Source: Microbotryum violaceum
Lineage: Eukaryota
Assembly: GCA_001244265.2 (NCBI GenBank)
Contig: CDLV01000015.1
Coordinates: 558,001 to 622,000, forward strand
Reading direction: 5' to 3'
Length of the DNA stretch: 64,000 bases
Below the pieces are notes generated by a model, which ran no database searches, had not been told where the DNA came from, and saw nothing but the letters and a program-made list of their open reading frames with translations. Each line of letters begins with the position of its first letter. Position 1 is the stretch's first letter. The translations under genes were made by a program, and so were the position numbers. Positions 12,863-25,512 of this stretch are shown here, piece after piece.

Positions 12863-14189
12863 TCTTTTTGCCTCCCGTTGCGATGGAACGCAAGTCGAGG
12901 CGCACCAGCGACGCCCCTTTTGAGTGTCTTTTCTGCATTTCCTTTTTGGGCGTTTAGTACTGCGTGCGTCGTCGACGATTCCTTGCCACTGCCGCTTCTG
13001 CGGCTGCGTTCACCACCTGTAGGCTGTAGGGTGCGCACCGTTCCTCACTCCCAAGAATAGCTCCCACTGCAGCTGCGAGCAGCTCGTCTCAAACCGTGTA
13101 GGCAACGAAATATTCACTCTTCCTTTTACTGGTCACTACAGCGCGTCATATGATCCGATCCAAAAGGAAGAAGGGACCCAATGTATTCATTCTTTTAGAG
13201 ACCAGTGGGATTCCGTTAAGTTAACGGGATGATTCCAAATGGCAGGAGAATCGAACGCTATTTTGACGAAAGACAGCAGAGAACATTACTCAGATCTTGG
13301 CCCTCCCTGGCGACCTTAGGACCGGCGCATAGTGGCGAGGGTTTCTTCTTGAATGAGTGTCACAAAATCCGATGAGAGTGGGAGTGGAAAAGAAAAGGTT
13401 AGATGGAGTGGCGCGGGTTTGTTCACGGGGTGTGATGTGTTGTTCAGCCTGATATGGCCCTGATGCTGCTGGTCGGCTAGCCGGCCACGTGCTTGCCGTC
13501 CATTTTAAATACAAGTGCTCGCACTGTTCTACGTCAATGAAACAGTGAAGAAGAATACTGGGAATGCTGTAGCTTCGTTCGACTGGCGGGAAAAATACAA
13601 AAGTTGCCATAGAGCTTGTACATGACTTCTGATCGGAACATGGACACCACAGGCACTGCAGGTGCGGCAGACACAACAGTGTGCTGGTACATCCACCACA
13701 CTGCGCAGGCGGCCCTCCGGGCCGCAACCTATTTAAAAACAGCGATCTCAGGTACATTCCTCAACTCACACTTTTTTGGACTAGTTAGAGTAAAGGAAAC
13801 AGCAGATAAATAGGACTAGGAGGAAGCGAACCACCGCCTACCACCGCTATACGATTATCGATCATTTTTATGTTCGAACCGCTAACTATATAGTTGTTCC
13901 TTCCAAGTCTCTGTCCTTGCGTGACACTAACCAAGCAAATTAGACCCTGTATCCGCTGCACGGCCGCGCATCGCCGTCTGCGAGTGACTGTGACCTTGGC
14001 CAATTTTGTCGGAGTGCAGTGCATGCAGTGGCCCGGCGAGTCACTGCACTTCGAGAGGCTGCGAGCCGTCCTGCTGCCACAGAGTGCAACAGGCTGCGAC
14101 AGGCAGGGTGCGCCGATGTTGACGCGTCGCGCTCTCACCGGCTAGCTCTTGGCTTCTCCCCTTGTGAACCACTTCCCACTTGCTTGGTC

Positions 14190-15677
14190 ATGAGCGCCGC
14201 CCAATCGTCGTCGGGTGATCAAAATCTCACCACGCCCGCACGCCCGGCTGCTTTGCCTGGTCAAGCCCAGGCATCAAAAAAGAGGACCGCCAAGCAAAAA
14301 GCTTACTCATCCAACGTCGCTAATGCAAATTCGAAAGAACCCAAATGGGATTGGACCGATGCGGAAGTGATTGCAATGTTGCAAGTCCTCAAGCACATCG
14401 GTACGCCGTCTTTCCCGGACTCGGTCTTCATCAAAGCCAATGAGGCGGTCAGCTGCTTGGATCCTACCAAGACTGGCAACTTCAAGAGGGTTCATCAAAA
14501 GTGGAAATCGGCGAGTCGCGCATGACGCGTCGGTTCGTGTCGCTCAATCTGGATCTCGCACTTCTGACAATACCGGCCCTTGAAAACATGCCCAGTGCTT
14601 GTTCGACACCGATGTTATCAACGAGATCAGGAGCATTCGTGGCGGCGGATGGGACGAGATCAATTCTCGCCCACTCCTGAACGCGGAGCAATGGAAGGCG
14701 GTGAGCGCGTCAACTGTGGTTTGGTTTGTCGCGACGCGTCGCTTACGAGATTCCACCACGCAATCGCCAAATGCCCTAGAGCGGCAATCATCGAGAAACG
14801 TCCATCGAATTTCTACTACCCTTTGACGGCGGCGATCCTGGGGAAGGACTACGCCACGGGTAGTGAAGGATTCAGCTATGGGGACGACGCGTCGACGACA
14901 CAAACCCCGGCGCCCCATCCCGGCCGTCGTTGCCAAGGCTCGGAAGCTGAAATCCTCGGGCTTTCAGAAGAGGATGCTTCGGAGAGTACGGGTGAATTTG
15001 ATGAAGATATCGACCCTCGCGCAGCGTGTGCAACGGTAGGCCTTGGATGCCCTTGCTTGCTTGCCCGAAACCATCGGCTCGTCGACCGCGTGCTGACGCT
15101 CGAGTAATCTCCAACACCGCGTTTACAGCCTTTGCCAGCTTTACGAGCGAAGTCTGTAAGTAAATGTGTAGACGCCAGCTACCGCCCATATGGTCATTCT
15201 GGCCTTTGCTTGATTTGTTTTGCCGTGTTCCTTTCCCAGTCCACCCCCGCCACCAAGAAACCGCGGCTCTCTCGCGACCGTGCCTCTGTGCAACAGCGTG
15301 CCATCATGCAGGCAAGACGGGAGCACCTGGACAACACGCTCGCTGTCCTGAAACAGAAACACGAGGAATCGACCAATCGTATGATAGAACTCCTCGACCG
15401 CGTGATGTTAACCGATCGTGAGAAGTTCCTTGAGCACTTTTACAAATTCGAGGAGCTCGACCAGCCGGCGTGGGATAAAGTCGTGTTCTATGTTGCTGCC
15501 TGTGGGGACACTCTCCCTGTCTCAGTGGTCAGCTACCTGGCCAACCTCAAGACCCGGTGGAAGCCAGATTGGAGTGCCGCTTCGGAGATCATTGCCGAAG
15601 CACGCAATTTCAAGGAGACCGACTATGGTGGGGTTCAGAACTTTGATGTGCCTCCGATACTGCATCCGATGCAATGA
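14190..15677 (+). CDS. Harbinger accessory Myb/SANT-like DNA-binding protein (multi-exon, possibly decayed)
   Basis: WDWTDAEVIAMLQVL...VHQKWKS trihelix-like pattern, then SGGGWD..L.LNAEQW-like segment, beside the transposase. Confidence 0.6.
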
Positions 15678-15679
15678 AC

Positions 15680-16953
15680 AACACCCAGGCTCTGACATGA
15701 ATCTGGCCTGTAAAAGTGCCACATACCGCTCGATTACTCAGTTCGATATCGTAATGTCATTTCTTATCATCTTCTTGAAAGCTTCGCAGACTGTCTTTCC
15801 TGCTGGCTCTGAACTCACCCTTTGCCCTCAAATATTTGTGCTCTCAGACCGTGGATGTCCGAAGATTAGAGGATCAGAAGTAGACTACAGCAACCAGCCT
15901 GAAAGCATAGCCTTGACACGCTTCTGGTCATGCGCGCTGCGTTCAGACCCCGCATGTAGATGTAGGAATAGCAAGTCAAACGAGCACACCGCGAACATGT
16001 TCTGGGATAGAAATCCCTTTCGATTTCGAACCGACGATCATCGCCTCAGCGCGCCTTCCAAAGGACGTGAATGCCGTCTAGAGCGCCAATGCACTGGCCG
16101 AAATATGGCTTGAGCTTCGGGTTGCGTGTGATGATTTTGCTGGTAGGTTCATCGGGTCTCAGTCGATGCACATATATGCCATAGATTTTGGAGGTAATAA
16201 TCGCTTTGACCACTTCGTGAATATACCTGCACAAGGGACAGTAAACCGATGAGCTCGCTGCAAAATTACGGTGAAGAGGAGACGACAAATTAAAGTAAGG
16301 ACTGGAAGCCTTTGCGCAAAAGATAGCTTCCACTCACAAAGCGATGGTTGAAGTTGTTGGAATCAACAAAGATTCCGAAATGATCAACAAAATAACAAGA
16401 ACGGCTGGACTAGGAATCGAACCTGGGTCGCTTCCATTCATTAGAAAAGCTTTGACCAACTAAGCTCCTCGGCCCCTGATATCTGTGCAAGGTCTACTGA
16501 CACCTTCAACAGAAGTCGAGTGCTGAAACCTATGACCCATTTTCCGAACACCATCACTGTGTCGAAGTGCCTGCAGGAGAAATCCGACCCTCTGCTCGAG
16601 TTGTATGAAGTGCGAATCCGTGGAGCCTGAGTAGTGTGGATTCGGAGATCTTGCACGAGCTTGGTGAAGCAGGTGGGTGCGAGGCCAAGCTCATGCAACA
16701 TATTCTGTGGACTGCTGGGTATGAGACACTGAAGGTAACGGTGCCCCGTGTAAGGCGAGTTGTGTATTGGTCTGGGGGGAGAGCGGGGCACTGTTTCGTC
16801 GTCGTCGTCCTCAAACATTTCAATGAGATGCCGTAGCTCTAGTGCTAGTGCTTGAGCCTCTTGACGCAGATGTTCTTTGACAATGCTTGCCATCCCTCGT
16901 TTTTGGTGCATCTTGCCCTGTGAAACCATTGTCGTGAACAGGTGCTGCAACAT
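15680..16953 (-). pseudogene. Harbinger (DDE_Tnp_4/HARBI1-like) transposase pseudogene
   Basis: IHNSPYTGHRYL..ELGL..F.KL, RFQHS, NPKLKPYFGQCIGALDGIHV, RNRKGFLSQNMFAVCSFDL..AGSERSAHD, VIER. Contains stops and frameshifts; intron 16227-16501. Confidence 0.88.
16402..16474 (-). tRNA. tRNA-like pseudogene (anticodon not assignable) inside the transposase intron
   Basis: Minus strand reads GGCCGAG GA GCTT AGTTGGTCA AAGC T TTTCT AATGAAT GGAAG CGAC CCAGG TTCGATT CCTAG TCCAGCC G. D-stem, A-box and B-box are intact; acceptor and T stems have mismatches. Confidence 0.7.
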
Positions 16954-17459
16954 GGATTGCGTATGGAGAAGTGAACCAAACCAAAACGTTATTTTATGAG
17001 CCGACCGCGCCGCGATCGAGGAAAGTGAGGCAAACAGGGCAACTTGTCCAGTACTTGTCCCAACATGTGACCGCACCACTCTGGCACGCCGACGCGTCAT
17101 GGAAGGGAACCAGCGCGAGGAACACTTCAATCAGTCCGGCAATACAAAGTGCGACTTTGCACGTTGACGTTTTCGCAGAACTCCGAGGAGACGCTCTCAG
17201 AAAAGTGGGTACCGGTTTTCTTTGGGCTGGCCGATGCGTGCCGTCGCAAGGCATCTGCAGCGCATATTCCGATCATCGGCCATTGGCAGCTCTCCTAATC
17301 TCGATCTAGTGTTTGTACATCTGCATCACAGAGCGATCGGAAACAGAAGCTGGATGTCCCGAGTCCCGCTCCAGAGTTGTGTGAAATTGCGCAGCATGTT
17401 CAAACACTGCTCGGTAAGGCGCGGTGATTGTCCATCCCCTCCTAGTTCCACGCCAAGAG

Positions 17460-17710
17460 TAGTGTTCCTGATGATCACCACGACTTAGTCCAATGAACAG
17501 GAACGAGAACAGAGTGGTCAGAGACTAAGAGGCACACTCATGGAACGCTAACTGATACAGCTCTGCGATAACAGAGGGACTAAGGAGACGATTAGAGCAG
17601 GGAGATTGAGATACCAAAGGGCTCTAAATGAAGGCACGTTGGGCTCAATCCCAAGAACCAACTTAGACGTTGTAATCGATTGAGGGTTATGAAACCAGCT
17701 ATCCTTGACA
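17460..17710 (-). repeat. Diverged solo LTR related to the copia LTRs at 23408 and 24847
   Basis: 17467-17550 aligns with 23507-23590 (cctgatga..accacgact.agtccaatg..acgagaacagagtgg). Minus strand begins TGTCA and could end TA; no matching TSD found. Confidence 0.65.
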
Positions 17711-18061
17711 TACGTCATAATGACCAAGAAACCAATCATATACCATCGCCAACAATGCCATTTTCTGTACTTGCCGCTCTCAGCCTCCGATATCTCAGAT
17801 TGTAAGGCGCCGCTCCAACGACCCCGAGCCAACCTCAGCGGCCCCAAGCTTGACCTCGCGCGCGGCGCCGCAGCGCCGCTTGACCTTAGTCCTTCTGGCA
17901 GTGTTTCTTCGCCTGCGAACTACATCGTTTAATCCTTTCAGTTTGGACTCGAACTCAGTGAGGCTCGAGTGCGATCTCGTGCCTTTCACCGAGCTACTTG
18001 CCAACCCTTGCCAACTCAAACCGATCAGATCAAGGCCCAGTCAAATTACAAGAGTCCAAAT

Positions 18062-19267
18062 CTACGGCTCTGAAATGATCGATTCGATCCACGCATTGTA
18101 CTCGTCGACAATCTGCGACGGGAGGGCGTGTCCTCCGCCCTTGACCTCCTTGAAATGAGATCCCGGGATCGCGGCATGCAGATCCTTGCCCCTCTGGAAG
18201 TCGACCAACATGTCCTGATCACCGTGGATGATGTAGACCTTGTTGATGGTCTTGCCGATCGTGTTTAGTCGCTCCTCCGAGACGTGGTGGTTGAAGACGG
18301 CCACCATCTGCCCGATCCGCCCTGCGACCGTCTGCCGTTTCGTTATGGCAATCCGCTGGATGAAATTCTCGGAGTGGATCTCGCGCCGCGTCTTGCCTGT
18401 CTTTTCGTCGATCGAGTCTAGGTACTCTTCAGGAAAGAGGACAGAACACACCAGACCGACGGCTTGTGACACGTCTTTGAAGAGACCAAACGAAAGCCGC
18501 GCAAACATGCTGACAACGGGCAACTTGGGCAGGTCAAAGGCCGTGCCGGACTTGGTCGAGGTCAGGATGAGCGAGTTGATGCGTTGGGGGATGAGCGTGG
18601 CCTGGATTGATGTCTTAAAAGTACGATCAGCATCGAGGTAGGCACTCCGAATTCAGCCCTACAACTGACCAATTCCAACGCCGTCATGCCGCCCATCGAC
18701 ACACCTACGACATTGAGCGATTTCTCCTCGGTCCATTCGAGATACTCGAGCAGCTCGAGCGTGTCCTGGGCCATTTCTGACGTCTTGTACAGCCTTCTCG
18801 GGGCGTCCGAAGACCCGACGCCACGGTTATCAAAGACGAGAACCTGTGTGGGCTCAGAGAAACGAAGAGCTCGATAAAGTCCGAGGGGTGAAGTCCGGGG
18901 CAGAACTCGCCTGAACGCCTTTGGCGCGACCAAAGAAAGCGACCTGGGCTTGCCATGCAAATGAAGAGTTGTTGAGACCCATGATAAAGAGGAGGCGTTT
19001 CGATTCGGGGGAAGGGTCGCCATGGATTTCTATGAGACCCGCGGTACCGCGTGAAATTGGGTCAATCGAGGATCAAGTGGTATTAGCAAATGAGATCGAT
19101 CCATGCACCCGCCAGCAGACCCAGATACCAGTCCACTTACCATAGTAGAGCTTGTGACGAGCTGGATCGCGCGACGACTTGGTGCAGACGGTGCAGAACC
19201 CCTTACGAAGCGTGGTCGCCGGATCAAACACCGTCGCCGGGTACTCAACATCGGGTACGACCGCCAT
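18062..19267 (-). CDS. Alpha/beta hydrolase
   Basis: VFDNRGVGSS, GVSMGG nucleophile elbow, IIHGDQD, GGGHAL; several introns. Confidence 0.9.
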
Positions 19268-19635
19268 GCGAGCTTAGTGGGTGCTTTGGTAGGGGTTTTG
19301 GATGAGAAGAGCCGGTTCGGGTGACCTGCGGGTCTCGAGGCCTCGATACAGGGGACGTCGGTGAGGGGAGGAAGGAAGCGAGTGATGACGCACTCGGTCT
19401 CGGGGACTTCGACTTCGGCGATCCAGGCTAATGCCCAGCGCCGGCGCCTCGCTCTCGACTAGCTCGCGTGGTTCCGAGTCGACTTCCGCGTGGGTGCAAA
19501 AGAAGAAGAAAAGACAAGAAAAAGGGCGAGTAATGCAAACCTCCTGGCCATCAGAGATATCAGAGCTGCGAGGACTCGATGTCACAGAACGCTGGGGACA
19601 TAACAAATAAAGGCTGGGCCGGCAAGAAAAAAGAT

Positions 19636-19720
19636 AGGTCCCAGCCGGAATCGAACCGGCCTTTCTCGGACATCCTGAAGCAATCAAAACCGAGTGTACT
19701 AGCCGATATACGATGGGACC
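19636..19720 (-). tRNA. tRNA-Gln(TTG) with ~13-nt intron
   Basis: GGTCCCA/TGGGACC acceptor stem, CTCGG-TT-TTG..CCGAG anticodon arm, GGTTCGATTCC, downstream T6 terminator. Confidence 0.93.
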
Positions 19721-19773
19721 GGATAAGGCGATGCCAAAATATCCCAAATTGCGTAATATAAAATAACCAACAC

Positions 19774-19783
19774 ATCACGTGAT
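19774..19783. promoter_or_regulatory. ATCACGTGAT palindrome (E-box/CDEI-like) at the tRNA-array junction
   Basis: Perfect 10-bp palindrome 54-63 bp upstream of tRNA-Gln(TTG); equivalent motif at the second tRNA-Gln. Confidence 0.55.
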
Positions 19784-19789
19784 CCGTCA

Positions 19790-22700
19790 GGGAATCTCAA
19801 TGATTGTCCGGATATATCGGTCGACCGAGTGGCCATCACCGATCGCGCTTGGACTCCTGTATCGCACTGGCAGACCTTGCTGTCAAAGATCGCATTCAAC
19901 CCACTCGACACGATCCGACAACTCCATCCCATCACCCCGGCATTCACTCGCCCTCACTACCTTGGTAGGGGGGACAAACGAGAAATCTGCTCGTGGTCGC
20001 GGATCGATTATATTCTTGTCCAGCGCAGTTGGGCAAACCGGTTGTTGAGCGCTTCCACACTCTTCGATGCGCCCTGCTCGGACCACAGACCCGTAGTTGC
20101 GACTTTCGCATTGCCTACATCGAACGCTGCTGATGCCGAACCACCCCCTGCTCTTCCCACCACGAGTGAATTCATTTCCAGGCTAAACCCAACGGTCTTC
20201 AACGATCAAGACTTTGTCGATTCGATTCCCGGGGTCGTCGACGAGGTCTATCGGAGACTCGAGGGGACCGCTCCACTCGGTGACGTCTATGACGCCGCTT
20301 TGCGGGCGGTCGCAGCCGCTGGCCACGCACGATACCGCTCGACTCGTGCCGACATGCGCCGACTGCGGGCCGAGAACCAATCCGTCATGGAGGCGTTGGA
20401 GGCACACGGTGAGCATATGAATGAGGCCGAGCGCGATGCGTATGCTCTCGCCAAGTCGCAGTTGGATCAGTTGGCGGTAAAGGAGGCTCAGTGGCTGCGC
20501 ATTCGTGCGCATGTGCCGTCAGTCGACTCGAGGGAAGGTCAATCGGCAAGCATTCGCACGCGTCTCAACCGCCGGAGTCGCCAGACGAGCATCGTCTCGC
20601 TGGAGGATGTGGATGGCACCGAGACCGTTGACATGCAGGAGTCGCTGGGTAGTGCTTCACGGCACGCACAGTCGCTCTTCACGCCGGACCCAGCTCGTGG
20701 CGACCCGACGAACGCACGTCGGTCCCTGCTCGACCCTATTCGCGCAGCGAAATGCTACGATGACGACCGCTCGGACCCTACGTTCGGTCGTCGGCTGCCC
20801 CTTCAAGCCAGAGTGGCGCTTGACGAGCCCTTCAACCTTTCCGAGGTCGAAGCGGCGTTGAAGAAGACGGATTCAGGGCGATCACCGGGGCCTTCGGGCA
20901 TTCCGTATGAGCTTTTCAAGGCGCTGCCGACCTACTTCGCTCCCAAGCTGTTGGACTTGTTCAACTCGATTTGGGAGGGCGGCAAAATGACGGCGTCCTT
21001 GGCAGAGGGGCTGGTGCGGCTCTTTCCCAAGAATAAACCGGGGGCCAATCTGAAATCACTGGGGGCATACCGACCGATCACACTGCGCGAGACAACCTAC
21101 AAGGTCCTCAGCAAGGTCTTGGTGGCGCGACTCAATGGGGTGCTCGGCGAGCTTTTGCCGCCGGCGCAACACGGGTTCATGCCATCAAGACGTTCAGCGG
21201 ACGCGGGAAGTCATCTCACTCTCCTTCTCGAAAAAATCCGATCACTCGGTACTGATGTTTTCCCAGAGGGCGCCCTCTTGTCCTTGGATCAGCAGAGCGC
21301 GTACGATCGGGTCGATCACGCATGGATCTTCGACGTCTTCGAGGCCTTTGGCTTTGGTGAGCGTTTCATTTCCCTGCTGCGCGCTCTGTACGATCCCGAG
21401 ACTCTGGGGGTGCGCTACCTCATCAATGGGTTCCCCACGGAGTTGGTGCGGTTGCTGTGTGGTCTCGGTCAGGGGGATCCTCTCTCGTGCCCGGTTTGGA
21501 ACATCACGTTCCAGCCTTTCCTCGACGCCCTCGTTCGGCGCGGGATCGCGCTCGACCTGCAGAAGGTGTGGCCAGGGGGCCGCGTGCGCAGCTTACGCAT
21601 CTGGCGTTTGCCGACGATGCTGTGGTGGTGGTGGAGTCACCGGCGGCATTGTCGAAGCTGGAAACGCTGTCGCAGACGTGGTACGAGGCAACCAACGGGA
21701 AGACCAACACGGACAAGACGCTGGTGCTACCACTCGGACCGAACTGGCTTCGGGACGAGACTGCGCAGGCGCTGCCATCGGTGCAGGAGGGGGAGAGCTT
21801 CAAGTGGTGCGGCTATGCCTTCTTTCGCCATGGTGACTCGAAACTGTTTTGGACCCATGTTCTTGACAGGATCAAGGCCAAGACCCGCGCCGCTGGAGAC
21901 CGGACACTTTCGCCGAGTGGGAAGGTCTTCTATGCCAACGCTCACATCATCTCGACGGTCCTCCACGTGCTGTCGTTCGACATACCGCCTCAATGGTTCA
22001 TTCAGGCGGCGGAGACGGCACTGACGGACTTTGTCTGGGGAGGGCCGCGGCGAAACACCGTCGCTCGCGAATTCGTGTTCCAGGCTCGGGAGGACGGTGG
22101 CTTGGGCTTGATTTCGATCGGCGACATCGTTCATTCGGTGGCGCTTCGATTTTGGGATGCTGTGGCGGGCTCGAACGAGGCGATCTGGGCGCCCCTAGCT
22201 CGCGAGAGCTGGAGGTCCCTCGTCGCTGCGACCCGCGATTTCAGTCCGTGGGGGTTCTTCAGCAGCACGGCTCGGGTCGAGAAGCTGTATCGCGACTCGA
22301 CGCGCTGGGGGACAGTCGTTGCAGCGGCCAGGGTCACAGTTCCAACCATCAAGTCCGAACTCCTTACGCTGCCCGAATTGCTCTCGCTTCCGCCTCGCCT
22401 CCCTTCACTCTATGCTGAAGGTGCCAAGCACGCATATGACGATGCGGACGCAGTGGCGAAATTTGCGCAGATCGCGGACCTGTACTGGAGGGACGAAGGA
22501 AAGGGCTGGGCTCTGGTTGGTCATCGACGCGGGTTCTGGCAGCACTCTAAGGAACCCGCCCTACAGCACGAGCACGTGTGGTCGCGCGTGGGTCAGTTGC
22601 TCAAGGCGAAAGCCTTGCTGACCAAGACCGCGTTGCGACCTGCTCGGATACCTCTCAAGGAGGCTCCCCGTCCTCGGTGCTTCAAATTCTTTGGGCTCAC

Positions 22701-23387
22701 CCGACCTTTTACGATTCGCAAGCTTCGTCGGCTTGTGAACGTGGTTCGGTTCCCGGGAAGGACGGTCAGGACCGAGCTCTGCCTGGTGAGCAACCTCAGG
22801 AGCCTCGGGTCAAGCGTTTCCCCGAGGGGACTTCTCAGAGCGGGAGGCAGCGCTTCTGGAGTTGGCTTCATGACCGGTTCGCGTCTGCTGCGGAGCAGGA
22901 CACCCACTGGCGGCTTATGTACGATGTGACACCGACGCGCAAGAAGCAACATGTCCAGGGCCATGCTTCTTCGCCGTCGTGTCTGTTCTGTGGCAACGAT
23001 GCAGCGGTCATCGAGACGGTGTCGCACTACTTCTTCGGGTGCGCGTACTCGGCCAGCTACTGGAGCGGGGTGCTGCGCATTCTGTTCGACAAGCTCGGCA
23101 TCGAGGATACCGACGTCGATCCGTCGACGTTCACCCAGGAGCAGCTGACTATGGGGCTCCCCCTTTTACGGGGTCGTGGGAGAACGACTTCGAAGTGGAT
23201 GTGGGTTCGGTTGGCTTGTGCGATTGGGTTCCAGCGGTTGCACTTGCTGCGCTGGCACATCCACCAGCGGTTCGAGAAGGACCGCGTCGTGGTCCCTCCC
23301 TCGATCCCCAGTGCACTTAGAGCGTTCAAGCGTGATTTTCTCTCTCGGGCGGGTTTTGTTCCTGGGGCTCGAGATTGGGAGGTGTGA
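19790..23387 (+). pseudogene. LINE A ORF2 (APE-RT-zinc knuckle), N-terminally truncated, two frameshifts (~21580, ~22755)
   Basis: ORFs 19829-22024, 21457-22929 and 22578-23387 tile a single ORF2. Confidence 0.88.
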
Positions 23388-23407
23388 TGACCGAGTTAAG
23401 TCTTTCC

Positions 23408-23752
23408 TATTGTAAAAATGTTCTCATGTGGTAACTGATGAAGACCACGACTCAGTCCAATGGAACGGGACGAGAACAGAGTGAGTAGGATTCCAGAGAA
23501 TGCATACCTGATGAAGACCACGACTCAGTCCAATGGAACGGGACGAGAACAGAGTGGCCAAAGGCTAAGGGACAAACTCCAGAAGGACTAGGAAGGGATG
23601 ATAAGCGGAGATAATAAAGAGCTAATAGTGACTAAAAAAGGGTAAGACAAATGAGGTGCTGAAGGGCTTCATGAAGTCGCTAGAGGCTCAAGATGAAGTA
23701 CCATAACAGGTACTATACGTAGACTGAAGGACGATGCAACCATATAATGACA
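23408..23752 (-). repeat. 3' LTR (TG...TA)
   Basis: Direct repeat of 24847-25191; internal 49-bp repeat at 23435-23483 and 23508-23556. Confidence 0.93.
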
Positions 23753-24188
23753 CTCCCCCGGTTGGAAGGTCCGAAGATGGAGTAAACGGTACATGGTCGA
23801 AGACTTTTGACGAGATCGGGTAAAGCCGAAAGCGACGGGACTTGTTCGGGTAAAAGGGGCCGAAGACGGGTGGCGGTATGACGGACAATGACGCCATAAA
23901 ACGGGATGGAGAACTGATCTGAAAGGGACCAGTATAACCAAATGCGGGGACGGAAGCCAACAAACCAGAGTACGCTGGTGGACTAGTTGGCACTACTTGG
24001 ACTTGGAGCGAAGGGCTGGTGTACGAAGCCATCATGTTCGCAGACGGGGACGGTGATTGGCAAGAATACCAATACGACTTGACGGTTGATCGGGCTGATG
24101 TAGAGACACCGATACGAAACTTGGACGGGTGATCGGCTTGAAGAAGACCGATACGACGAGGACTTGTGAGGATGAGGACTTGTGACGA

Positions 24189-24842
24189 TTAAAGCGAGTG
24201 ACAGAAAGCGCTGTTAACAAACATAGCTTTGGCTGCTTCCTCCTTGACTGCTTGCGCAAAACCAGGCAGTGGAACACCCATAGTGGAGATTTCCTCAACG
24301 GCGTTTAGGAAGTTGGAAACAAACGACTTGAAATTGGACGTGTTGGAACGCGTGAACGTGCTCCGGAAGATGACGGGGATGAGCTGGATGAAGCGAGCTT
24401 CAGCGCCTTTGGTGTGGTGAATCCGTAGGGCGGTCCACATCTCATGGGCTGAAACACAATTCTTGATAATCTTCATTTGAGAACCGGTAATTGTGTTGTT
24501 GATCAACTCAGCAGCTTTGTCATCCTTGGCTTCAAGATCAAGGGTGTAGATGTCGACGAGTCCTTGCTGAGCAGAGGTGAGCGCGCGAGGCGCGGCGGGT
24601 GAAATCTTTGCGCCTGCGGAGGTTGCTTGCGAAGTGGACGGGGTGACAAGGGCGGCCTCATAGATCGCTAGCAGGGCAGGAATGCCCACAGTTGTGACAT
24701 CCAAACATTTCTTGCGACGAAGATGGTTGCTGATCCAGACGGACCATTCTTCGTACGAGTTCGGATTGTCGCTAAGGTGGATCCTAGAGATGAGGGCGGA
24801 AGACGAAGGCTCGAGAGCAGCTTGGTAGCTCGTTGAGCTCAT
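24189..24842 (-). CDS. Copia-type Gag (UBN2-like), 217 aa
   Basis: NSYEEWSVWISNHLRRK..D.KAAELINNTI..QM.IIKNCVSAHEMWTALRIHH; the ATG lies within the PBS. Confidence 0.8.
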   Translation of the reverse strand: MSSTSYQAALEPSSSALISRIHLSDNPNSYEEWSVWISNHLRRKKCLDVTTVGIPALLAIYEAALVTPSTSQATSAGAKISPAAPRALTSAQQGLVDIYTLDLEAKDDKAAELINNTITGSQMKIIKNCVSAHEMWTALRIHHTKGAEARFIQLIPVIFRSTFTRSNTSNFKSFVSNFLNAVEEISTMGVPLPGFAQAVKEEAAKAMFVNSAFCHSL

Positions 24843-24846
24843 AACC

Positions 24847-25512
<666 letters not shown>

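Larger units (their letters stand above)
13940..17270. mobile_element. Decayed PIF/Harbinger DNA transposon (ends uncertain)
   Basis: Convergent Myb/SANT-like gene and HARBI1-type DDE transposase; TIRs and TSD not resolved. Confidence 0.75.

Noticed and set aside
13290-13813. ORFs between tRNA-Phe and the Harbinger element
   Set aside because: No motifs or coding bias; probably non-coding or very old repeat
13940-17270. Harbinger TIRs (TATCCGCTGCA near 13950 versus TGCAGCGCATA near 17256)
   Set aside because: Short imperfect match with no matching TAA/TTA TSD; the ends cannot be called
23435-23556. CTGATGA...GTCC-loop-GGAC-GAGA in the LTR as a hammerhead ribozyme (retrozyme)
   Set aside because: No GAAA core, 13 extra nt before the stem, and it is antisense to the element; the opposite strand reads better as a splice acceptor
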